DNA of 64,000 nt from Oopsacas minuta (Eukaryota; Animalia; Porifera), in the NCBI GenBank assembly GCA_024704765.1, contig JAKMXF010000308.1, forward strand, positions 62,001 through 126,000, read 5' to 3'. Each line of letters opens with the position of its first letter. Positions within the stretch are counted from its first letter, which is position 1. This document shows positions 10,149 to 20,245 of this stretch, one piece after another. The translations under genes and the position numbers were made by a program. The notes beneath the pieces were generated by a model that was given only the letters and a program-made list of their open reading frames with translations, ran no database searches and was not told the DNA's origin.

Positions 10149-11276
10149 ATGGCAGATTCTTCTGGTTATACTACCACTAAAATCCCTATCAATTTTATCT
10201 TAGACGTGTTCAAGGAATCTGGTTCAGTCAATGACAAGGTAAAACAGGTAAAAGAATCAAGAAATAATGCGAGCTGGGTGTTGATAGGGACTACTGGATC
10301 AACATGTGAGGATGACCCGTGTCAAGTATTGACAATGGAAGTCATTAAATTCGGTGATGTTATAGGGGACTTAATGAAACTACTACCACAGGATAAGATT
10401 CTATATTGTTATATTAAATTAGAATGTATAAATGAACAAGGTACTTATCGTAGTCTTCTCATTCATTGGATTGGAGAAAATGTATCAAGGGACTATGTTA
10501 ATGCATGTGAGTTTCATATTGACGAAATTAAAGAAGTGATAGGAATATCTGATGATGTAGTAGTTTCCCGTAATCATCAGGAATTAATGAGTAAATTCAA
10601 GAAGCTTTCGAGATTGGAGATTCCAAATAGGGAAAAACTACAGAAGAGTTCAATGGCACCATATGAAGTTAATTTCAAACTTTGTATTATTGGAGACAGT
10701 GATGTTGGGAAAAGTTCAATTTTGAAATCCTTCAAATGTGAAGGAAGAGGGTTAAAAGAACATGAATTACCTTCAGCAACTGTAGGTTACAATTTTCACA
10801 ACTACAAATTTAATGTTCCCAATACCAATACAACATGTAAAGTTAATATCTGTGATACAGGAGGACAAGAAAAATTTAGATCAATGACAATACAGCACTT
10901 TAGAAACAGTCATGTTGTTCTCATGGTCTATGATATAGCTGATGCTAAATCATTCGAAGCAATTCCTTACTGGTTTGATTTCGTAAAAGAATATGTAGCT
11001 GACAAAGCTATATTCATGTTGGTTGGTAATAAGTCAGATCTCTTTGAAAAACGTGAGGTTAAACAAATCATAGCACAGAATTATGCAAAGGAAAATGGAT
11101 GTGAGTACTTTGAATGTTCTACAACTCAGGGGTCTAATATATTCCATCTCTTCAACCAAATCGAAAAGAATCTACCAATCGTATATCCAGAAATGCTAAT
11201 TCCGCAACAAGATGACACATCAAACATAGATCCAGGACAAGAGGATAGATCCAGGAAAAAATGTTGTAAAGTATGA
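10149..11276 (+). CDS. ADF-H (drebrin/Abp1/coactosin-like) domain fused to a Rab-family GTPase
   Basis: The N-terminal half has SWVLIG, LPQDKILYCYIKL and RSLLIHWIGENVSRDYVNACEFH (ADF-H). The C-terminal half has GDSDVGKS, ATVGYNF, DTGGQEKFRSMT, MVYDI, GNKSD and a CCKV prenylation end. It is one uninterrupted ORF from ATG 10149. Confidence 0.88.
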   Translation: MADSSGYTTTKIPINFILDVFKESGSVNDKVKQVKESRNNASWVLIGTTGSTCEDDPCQVLTMEVIKFGDVIGDLMKLLPQDKILYCYIKLECINEQGTYRSLLIHWIGENVSRDYVNACEFHIDEIKEVIGISDDVVVSRNHQELMSKFKKLSRLEIPNREKLQKSSMAPYEVNFKLCIIGDSDVGKSSILKSFKCEGRGLKEHELPSATVGYNFHNYKFNVPNTNTTCKVNICDTGGQEKFRSMTIQHFRNSHVVLMVYDIADAKSFEAIPYWFDFVKEYVADKAIFMLVGNKSDLFEKREVKQIIAQNYAKENGCEYFECSTTQGSNIFHLFNQIEKNLPIVYPEMLIPQQDDTSNIDPGQEDRSRKKCCKV

Positions 11277-11361
11277 TAAAAAGATTGTAGTTACACGATA
11301 AACAGTATTCAGAAACTTAATTATTTACGTTATGTAATCTATTCCTCATTGATATTCATGG

Positions 11362-11513
11362 CAAGGGCGTGCTGGCCATATAATCGATTCGGGATAGCTG
11401 GTTGGGTCCCTTGGGGACAGTTTGGGCACTCGAGAACAGTGTAACCGACCAGTGCACAATGGCCCCTTCTGAATGTAATCCCGCATGGGTTCCTCAACAC
11501 CAGCACGTCCATG
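11362..11513. mobile_element. Short MITE-like insertion
   Basis: Imperfect TIR CAAGGGCGTGCTGG / CCAGCACGTCCATG. Possible eroded 8-bp TSD ATTCATGG/AGTCAAGG. Confidence 0.35.
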
Positions 11514-11789
11514 AGTCAAGGTAGATAAATTTTAACAATACAAGTTTGATTATTATTATTTGCACCTTGGGTATGAATTTTTCTAGTGTAAACAGTGACC
11601 GAAGAAGCGTTCAACATTGCCTAGTAAATAATACAACTTTTAGCTATATGATGAACTCTACCCAATAGTTATCACTGATTACCTGGGAATCTATTGAATG
11701 ATAAAATATTGGTAGTACAGTATTATCATTCGAAGTATAAGCCCAAGATGTTATAATATGAATAATCATATGATTAAGTATGTAGATAT

Positions 11790-12214
11790 AACAAGATTAG
11801 GAAATGTAAAATCTAAATCTCTATACTGGATTACCACTAACTGCAGTTGAAACGAAATATAGCATCATTTTGAAATATATGCAAAAAGATGTGAAAATAT
11901 GATTAATCATATGATAATTCTGTGCATTTTTGTAACATCCAGACTCTACACACCCAATTACCCCTGAAAACCTGTTGAAACCTAATAACTACCATGGTTT
12001 GGAATTTACATAGAAAGATGTGAAGATATGATTAACCACCCAAAAGTTCTGAAAATTCACTTAATAAAATTGATACCTGAGGTGCAAATCTCCGACACAA
12101 ATGTATATGTGTACAAATTTATGTAAATCGGGACTGCCATATTCGCACGGCCCCGCGGACGGACGTCGTACAGCGTCCATGTCATTAGGACATCTCCCTA
12201 TAGTAGCTGCAATA
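11790..12214 (+). repeat. Dispersed repeat family R1, copy 2
   Basis: Collinear with 8607-9022, including GAGGTGCAAATCTCCGAC and CATCTCCCTATAGTAGCTGCAATAA. Confidence 0.75.
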
Positions 12215-13029
12215 AAATTGTTTGCAACATCTTGTGCACGCATTAGTTTTGGAAATTAAATAAATTACTAATTTTAATTACTAAAAAGCAAGAGTCCATT
12301 AACTTAAAAGATCGTTGTTATCACATTTATCAATCTTCTCTTGATAGTAGTACTAATTAGTTTTAGCTGCTTCAAGTAAATCATCATACCTTTTACATTC
12401 CATTCTAAGCAAAGTATAATGAACCATTACGTGGGTCTTTCTATACTTCCTTCCGATCGGCGTTTCTGCCTCTTAATTTCTCTAAACTCTTTTTGTTCAA
12501 GGCATTACAAGGGTATGGGAAGTCGGCTATTTACTACAAATTGGCTATCCTGATCAAACAATAACTTACAAGATTATCGAGTTATAGTAATTGAATAATC
12601 ATAACAAAAGTGTCATCCATTGTCCCTACTGTAACTCAAGAACGACTAACTATATTAAAAATTTTTGATATTTGTATAAAAGTATTTATACGGAGACCAG
12701 TTGATATATTTACTTTGAATCAAATATGCAATATTTAACGCCATACAAGGCATCAAAGAATGACATCTTTTACCAAAGAAGTGCTTACTAGACACATATT
12801 TGACACTTTCTTGATATATTCTGATCTGAAATATAGAAAAAACAATCGAAACCGGATTTTTCTAACTAATATTTCTTTGCAGAAATATGTAATGAGAAAA
12901 AACCAAAATAGTATGAATAAATTGATATGTAAATCACCCATACTTAACAATCTCAGCAAAAATATATTTAGATATAGTTAAATAAAATATAATCATGTTC
13001 TGCTAAATACAAATAATATGGAAATATAA

Positions 13030-14089
13030 AAACTAATAAATCAACTGTAATTTGAAGAGTTAGACTGTCTTCATTACAATATTCATCTTCTAATATTTCA
13101 GTGTTTAAAAGGAATAATTTAGTTCCCAAACCATTATTTCTCAGCTCAGTTGGTCTCCAAGAAATCAGGAAATATCTCATAATCTTCCTTAATTACTCGA
13201 TAAGAGAATTCAATATTAAATTTACTGTTTATCTGACTGAGTAGAATAAACGTAAATTTGTATCTCAAAGGCCAGTCTAGTTTATCATCATAAGCTCCTT
13301 CCATAATGTAAATGAATACACCTACTTTACCTGTATTATTAAATTCCATTCAATTTTCCCCTCTCCATTTCATCTGCCCTCTACAAAAAGTACAGTACAC
13401 TCATCAACTAGATGGACAGGGACATCTCTCCTCTTCACTTGTTTGGTCCATTCCTCTCCTTCTGTCACACATCCATTAGGAGAAGGAACTGGAAAGTCTC
13501 ACATTCCTCCAAATGAGGATTCATCTCACAGAACTTCACTTTTCCGAGGCAGAATTCACAGACCAGTTATCTTAATGGCCATGAGTCTATCTGACGTTCT
13601 GGAATCAGGCTCCTTTCCAATATAACAATTTTCCCTTTCCTCTCTCCATTCTAGAGAGGCACAGTATATGAAAGAACTCACATTCCTCTAAGTGGTGTAG
13701 TCCTGTACTCACTGTGTTACACCATTCGCACCCTCCCTTCTTCTGGGGACAACTAATCTACAAATAAATAACTCATCTATAAATACAAATAAACAGCTGT
13801 AACTAACAACAAATTAACTACCATTTTATCATTGACAATTACACGATTCATCTTTACTCGTTGCCATGGTACACCGCCAGGAATGCAGACTCCACATTTC
13901 AATTCTTCTTGATAAAAACAAGCATCTCAACAATCCTTTGCAGCTGTTACATAACAATAATTGCTCTTCTACTTTGCTGGATATGTTTTCTACCAACAAC
14001 TCAACCCTCCAACCTCTATAACTACCATCCTCTGTCTTCACGTAGACTAAGTCTTCTCTCCCTTCTGAGTCAACTAACCTATCTGCCAT
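13030..14089 (-). pseudogene. TRAF-like pseudogene (RING-like remnant, TRAF zinc finger, MATH domain)
   Basis: LLLCNSCKGLLR, then after a probable short GT-AG intron (about 13759-13821) ISCPQKKGGCEW...HLEECEFFHILC. The MATH motifs VFIYIMEGAYDDKLDWPLRYKFTFILLSQ and RPTELRNNGLG...EDSLTLQITV lie in different frames. Confidence 0.8.
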
Positions 14090-15386
14090 TCTACATTCTA
14101 TATACGAAATAGTTGCTATTGGTAGGAATGTTTCGAAATACAGTTAAACTTGTCATAACGGCCAGCGAAGGGACTGGCTAAGAAGTTATTGGCCGTTATA
14201 AAGTGAAGGAAATCATTTAGACAGGCGATAAAATATATTGAATATAGTGAAGTGGTTAATTATGGCCACTCAAAATACTTGTCTAAGGTGGTTTATCGGA
14301 GGTGCCACTGTATACAGTGGCTGTTAGATAAAGGAGATTGCTATGGACAAGGAACTATAGACGAAGAAACTAAAAATAGTGGCTGATGCCGCGTTGAGCA
14401 GGTTGCCGCTCTACAGAGAGGTCATTCTAATGGAAATCGGAGGGGATTGCAATTAGGCAACAGATATGCACAGGTGGCCGTTGAGCACGTTTGAATGTAT
14501 TTGACTAATACTCAATATTTACAAGATAGACAGAGGAACCTAGATAAACATACACTTTTAGGATATGAAATTAGTGTCGGATTATGTAGGTGAATTTGTG
14601 TTATAGAAGGTTTTTCAGATCAGAAAAACTGGCGGTTTCGAAATAGGTATTATTCGGGTCGTCCGGATTACACATATACACAGGTATCGGATTATGCAGG
14701 TTCCACTCAGAGGTTTATCTAGGTGCTTGGCGGGCACCTAATGTGGCAGTAAAGCAGCCAAGATTGCCATGAAAGACACAAAGAAATTGCTAACCGTGAG
14801 ACTCAAATTAGTACATGCTAAGAGAGAGGCTGAGAGTGTCCTGTCACATAAATATTGGTTCGGCCTAGATTTCTTTTAGAAGTAGAGTGAAATCATCAAA
14901 AATTTATGAAGAACTCCAAAACATGGAAAGGTGATGCCAAGTTCATTAGCAAATTTGATAACAAAGCCATATCCTCTGTCAGGAACGCTTCAAAATACGC
15001 TTGTCAGCAACCAAGGGGTGCCAAAAATGTCCGTCAACGAGGCGGACCATGCTGGACGCAAGAGTTCAAATCCTCGCGTCAAATAGCGGAGATATATGGC
15101 AGTACAAGTTGGTCCCCAGCACCAATTTTGGCGTGACAGTCCGAATGACGTCGAAAAGGAGGCGTGTGTGGCATTGGCATAATGACACAATAGCCAATCT
15201 AAGCCTGGGTGGCGAAAGGCCCTGCCATTAGGGAACCCCGATAATTCCATAAGAGCAACACAAGATAAATTAAAGAGATCCACCAAAATTATAATATATA
15301 ACATCTTATCCCAGGTAACTACAGCTGAATTTACAGTATTATGAAATTTGCTATATACTAGTGACCTTTATTGGAATAAGTTGATC

Positions 15387-16489
15387 CATAGCATTCTATA
15401 CACTAAGGCAATGGTGCTGATTAATGGACTTGGACCAGGGATTGGGTAAGTCAGTTCTAAGGAAATAATGGAGATATATTAGTTGCGATAAAATTTAAAC
15501 GGTACATTTTGGCCCGAATATATATATATTATTGATATTTGACATTACTCACAGTCTACATCTGCAAACTATTTTCAGGGCAAAATGACGTCATCTGTTT
15601 GCTTAGTTAGCAAATATGTCAGAAAATGCTCCTGTTTTGAATCTAGGTAGAGACAAAATTAATACATTTATGGTTTCAAAATTTATAGCATAGAATCTAA
15701 GGATGTTGCTGTACAAAATATCAAAATTTTGTCATTATAAAGTTCGCGCGTTCCAGAGTTATCGTAGTGACCATGGGTGGCATATTTGGGCCAATATTCA
15801 TCCATAACTTGACATCCTTCAATATTACGGCCAAGCCTACTTACACACATATAGTATATACTCGACTTCCCATACCCTAATAATACATTTTGAAATGATA
15901 TTTCTGATGATTATGAAGCAATCTTGAAAATGACCATATATGGTATTAATGATGACTGCATATTATTCTTTGGAGATATCACACCAAATTTATTATCAGG
16001 GTATGGGAAGTCGAGTATATACTATATGTGTGTAAATAGGTTTGGCCGTAATATTGAAGGATGTCAAGTTATGGATGAATATTGGCCCAAATATGCCACC
16101 CATGGTCACTACGATAACTCTGGAACGCGCGAACTTTATAATGACAAAATTTTGATATTTTGTACAGCAACATCCTTAGATTCTATGCTATAAATTTTGA
16201 AACCATAAATGTATTAATTTTGTCTCTACCTAGATTCAAAACAGGAGCATTTTCTGACATATTTGCTAACTAAGCAAACAGATGACGTCATTTTGCCCTG
16301 AAAATAGTTTGCAGATGTAGACTGTGAGTAATGTCAAATATCAATAATATATATATATTCGGGCCAAAATGTACCGTTTAAATTTTATCGCAACTAATAG
16401 ATCTCCATTATTTCCTTAGAACTGACTTACCCAATCCCTGGTCCAAGTCCATTAATCAGCACCATTGCCTTAGTGTATAGAATGCTATG
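15387..16489. mobile_element. Foldback DNA element with about 500-bp near-identical inverted arms and a spacer of about 90 bp
   Basis: 15387-15892 is the reverse complement of about 15985-16489 with only a few mismatches. Termini CATAG...CTATG; direct repeat GTTGATC on both flanks (7-bp TSD). Confidence 0.9.
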
Positions 16490-16729
16490 GTTGATCAATT
16501 GTCATGATTGGTCTATACAAATTACCACAAATATGACATTTTGTATAATCTAAATAAATCTGTTCATGGTTGTCACAAATAGGGCGATAAGGTTGTATCT
16601 ATATCCTACCTGTATTAAAACTAACACACCACAAATCGTATACAGCAGTTGAAATGATAACAAAAATTGATTCACTCTCAATTCGTACACACCTGTACGT
16701 ACATAATAATACCAGCTTAAAACTACAAG

Positions 16730-17278
16730 TCACTTCTTAGTAACGGGTAACCCTTTAGAGATTGCAATATTCGTAACCAGAGAGACGAATGGCTCTCTTA
16801 AAGTTTCTCTACTTGTGAGAGTAACTTCAAAAGCACTCAACTTTTGCATCTCAGCCCAATGTATAGTGCTTAACTTATCAACTTGTCTACTATCTTCATA
16901 ATCACTGTGTGTGCCGAGGATAATTATTGGAATATCCTTGTGACGCTCTGAGATTTTCTTCCTTAGTTGGATAACAGTGTCAAATGTCGGTTTCTCTGTG
17001 ATATTATAAGTCAATACTATCCCTTCTGCTATGGAAATGTAATGCTCTAGGAGTTGATCATCATAAAGAGATTTTCCTGAAGTATCAAACAAACAAACTC
17101 TATACCAAACTCCTTTTCCAATATTTATATCTGCTTTGTAAATATCTTCAATGGTGTAAGGAACGTCTTTAGATTGGATGATATGATTCCCAAATATTAG
17201 ATGCTGAATAACTCCTGTCTTCCCTGTTCCTAAATCTCCTAATACTATGATTTTGAAAGGTTTGTGAATACTAGCCAT
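16730..17278 (-). CDS. NKIRAS: NF-kappaB inhibitor-interacting Ras-like protein (kappaB-Ras)
   Basis: Family-specific segments QHLIFGNH, TIEDIYKADINIGKGV, RQVD, WAEMQK and FEVTLTSRETLREPF parallel human kappaB-Ras (LLYGNH, TMEDVY, WEVTVTDRKTLIEPF). No CAAX, as expected for this family. Confidence 0.82.
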   Translation of the reverse strand: MASIHKPFKIIVLGDLGTGKTGVIQHLIFGNHIIQSKDVPYTIEDIYKADINIGKGVWYRVCLFDTSGKSLYDDQLLEHYISIAEGIVLTYNITEKPTFDTVIQLRKKISERHKDIPIIILGTHSDYEDSRQVDKLSTIHWAEMQKLSAFEVTLTSRETLREPFVSLVTNIAISKGLPVTKK

Positions 17279-18658
17279 AATCTAATTTGGGAAATTTATG
17301 ATATTTTAATGAAATTTACTAGTCTAGCCTAATGAATATAGATATTTCTTGCTCAGGAGTTTAGCGTACGTCTGAATAACGTGATTAGGATTGATTTAAT
17401 TAATGCCAGTTTGATTTTGAGAAGTGATATTTAGAGTAAAATATTCTTACAATTTTTCATAATTCGAAACAATTTTAGAGAAGCGATTGTTGTACGAATG
17501 CTCATAACAGGTTAAGCAGAAACTAAAATGTCATACTAATGTTAATGATAAAGTTGATGGCTCCTAACTTATTGTCATGTTCATGCTGAATCATGCGCAC
17601 ACTTTCATATTTTATATAGCTCATGCTATATTTATGCTAGCAACAAAACTTATATTTTTCTCTCATGCAAAAACTCAAATGTTGATCATGAAAATGGATA
17701 ATTAGTTATATTAAAGTACACGTAGTTAATGTCATAACATTTCTCGATTGCTCATGCGAAAGACTTCGAACTTTATATAACGCTACCAAGGTAGTTATTA
17801 TATATTAGAAAATATCCACAATTCGGACGGAACGATCCCAAAGAATAAAAGTAGTTCTTCTTCAGTGTACTATGCATAAAGCACACTCACTTGATAATCA
17901 AAAAAATTAGTAACTTTCGAGGAAAAGTGACGAATTTGGCTGAAAACAGTGAGATATTTATAAGATGATAATAAAAATGATTTATGCATTATAATTCATT
18001 AAACCTACTTAGATAGAATTGGATAAATTGAAAATTCCTTTTAATAATCGCACCTAAAAGTCTACCGTAATTCAAGGTCACCTCTCCAGCTCCCCTGTTA
18101 TTGATTGTGTAAATATTATGGGGGAGTGTTTTCGTATTCTGAAGGAGTATCCTGGACTTTGAGAGTTGGAATAGATCACATGTACTAACTTAAACTCCTC
18201 TCTTAGTTCGCAAATTCGTTGAACTAAGACGGTGTGAGGTAGCACTAATGAAATTATGTAGTTTAGTTTTAGCTATCGCCAGGTCAAAAATGTTGTCAAA
18301 AACCAGCTAACTTTCATTCGAATAATCATTCTACCCACAAGCATTTGTTTCCATTATCCATTACCTCAAAATCAATAGTAAAGGGAAAAACTGTCATTAA
18401 GACCACGAGTGACTTTGCAGAAATTTGGCTCGAATGCAATTAAATGATAAGACAACAGCCAATATATATGGCAGATATATTTCATTATTTAGCTAAATTT
18501 ATTCAGAAAGTATGTAATACTTTCTATCTGTGTGAGAAATTTGATCTGGCTATAAAATATAAACAGTCTAGTATATTTCAAGAAAAATATAAATAGACTC
18601 GCTGAGAGTGAATTTAGTAGAAATAATTCGAAGAATCTCCAATATTCAAAATCAAAGA

Positions 18659-19099
18659 ATGGCAATAATACACATTTCAGATGAATATTGTAGAAATCTT
18701 TTGGAAGAATCTCGTTTGAGGATAACTTCTATTGCAACTCCACAGAAATATCGAGCATGTAAGCTAATCATGAAATCGAATGAGCCAACCAAATTCGACA
18801 AACCCTTTCTTGATCAAATCGACTTGATAAAATTAGTCAAAATAACAAAATTAGAATTGAGCAAGCTCATAAACAGTAGAGTGCTGACTGAAGAAGAAAT
18901 AGATTTTATTAAAGAAGCAAGGAGGAAAATGATCAACAGAATGTCAGCAGGAAGATCAAGAGAGAGACAAAAGTCTGAATATTCAAGTTTAGAATTAAAA
19001 CTGCAAAGTTTAAATGATACAAAAATGTCACTTCTGAAAGAAAAGAGGTCTCTTCTCAATGAGATTGAAATATTCAAGTATAACAGCAAGATACTATGA
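18659..19099 (+). CDS. Maf/CNC-type bZIP transcription factor-like protein
   Basis: Extended-homology-like segment LVKITKLELSKLINSRVLTEEEIDFIKEARRK, basic region INRMSAGRSR and a leucine zipper. First ATG is at 18659; the track start 18608 is GTG. Confidence 0.75.
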   Translation: MAIIHISDEYCRNLLEESRLRITSIATPQKYRACKLIMKSNEPTKFDKPFLDQIDLIKLVKITKLELSKLINSRVLTEEEIDFIKEARRKMINRMSAGRSRERQKSEYSSLELKLQSLNDTKMSLLKEKRSLLNEIEIFKYNSKIL

Positions 19100-19654
19100 T
19101 AATTAGAATCTGATACCAAATTCCAATTTCACTTACTGCAGCTTGTTAGAATAAAATGCTTTAAATCACACTTAATTTGTAATAAATTCAATTAATACTG
19201 TGTCTTATCATTCATTTGCAATTGATCAAATACCTATGAAATTCAATCAAGAATTATTTTACTATTATTTCCTGAGGAGAGATTACCAAGATTTCCACTA
19301 TTTTAGAGAGAAATTGTATCTATTCGCTTCTTGTCATCTATTCCCAAGCGCAATATTCGTATACATTGGATGCTGGTTATAAGAGCATCAGATATAATAT
19401 TATGCAGGATATAAGCACCCTCTGGAAAACGGTTCTCATATTACTGAATTTGTCATGTCGGTTCTAAGAACATACTTGTTTTAAATATATTGCTACTTCC
19501 CATTCCCAACTACCATGGAGGCTCTTATAACCGGCATCTACTGTATTGAGAATTAGTATAAATACAATGTATAGCATTCTTAGAAGAATTGCAACAAGAA
19601 TTTACAAATAAAAATAATAACTGTACTATATGAAACTAGTCAGAGAAACAAATC

Positions 19655-20245
19655 CTATGAAAGAGAACAACATACTTTAATAGGTTGAGTTGTATTGGGA
19701 ATATTAAGGTTAACTGATTGAGTTAATGTATCACAACCTCTTTTATGAAATGTTTCAACTAAAAATTGTAGAATGTCTTCACAACCTACACCACTCTTAG
19801 CTGAGACTTGAAATGATTGCTTTGAATTTGTCGTCCTAATCGCGCGATCCAACAAATCTCCCTTAAATCGTTCTCCAATTAAATCTAGCTTATTTCCTAC
19901 CAGAATCGAAACGTAAGTCTCTACAAAATTATCAAGTTTTTTTTTCCAACTCTGCAGAGTTTCAAGAGAATCCAGATCGCTTAGATCATAAACAAATATG
20001 ACACATTCTGCAGAACGAAATAAACTTGTAGGGATGTAAGATCCGATTGATTCAAATCCCTTAGTATCCTGAAACACAAAACAAACTTTCTTGGAATTAC
20101 ATTGAATATCCTTACGACCTATATCAATAGTTAAACTCGAAGAAGGGTCGGACAAAAAATCATCCTTTATAAATCGATGTAAAAGAGAAGTTTTCCCCAC
20201 TCCCACATCTCCAAGAAGTGTCACTTTAATTTCAGGAATACTCAT
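19655..20245 (-). CDS. Divergent Rab-like small GTPase
   Basis: G1 GDVGVGKT, G3 DTKGFE, FVYDL, G4 NKLD, G5 SAK, C-terminal CCSLS. Confidence 0.85.
   Translation of the reverse strand: MSIPEIKVTLLGDVGVGKTSLLHRFIKDDFLSDPSSSLTIDIGRKDIQCNSKKVCFVFQDTKGFESIGSYIPTSLFRSAECVIFVYDLSDLDSLETLQSWKKKLDNFVETYVSILVGNKLDLIGERFKGDLLDRAIRTTNSKQSFQVSAKSGVGCEDILQFLVETFHKRGCDTLTQSVNLNIPNTTQPIKVCCSLS

Noticed and set aside
15050-15095. tRNA T-arm-like GTTCAAATCC
   Set aside because: The T-stem does not pair correctly and no D-arm, anticodon arm or acceptor stem can be built.
15924-16193. 89-aa ORF in the foldback element
   Set aside because: It lies mostly within a TIR arm that is mirrored on the other strand; no transposase motifs.
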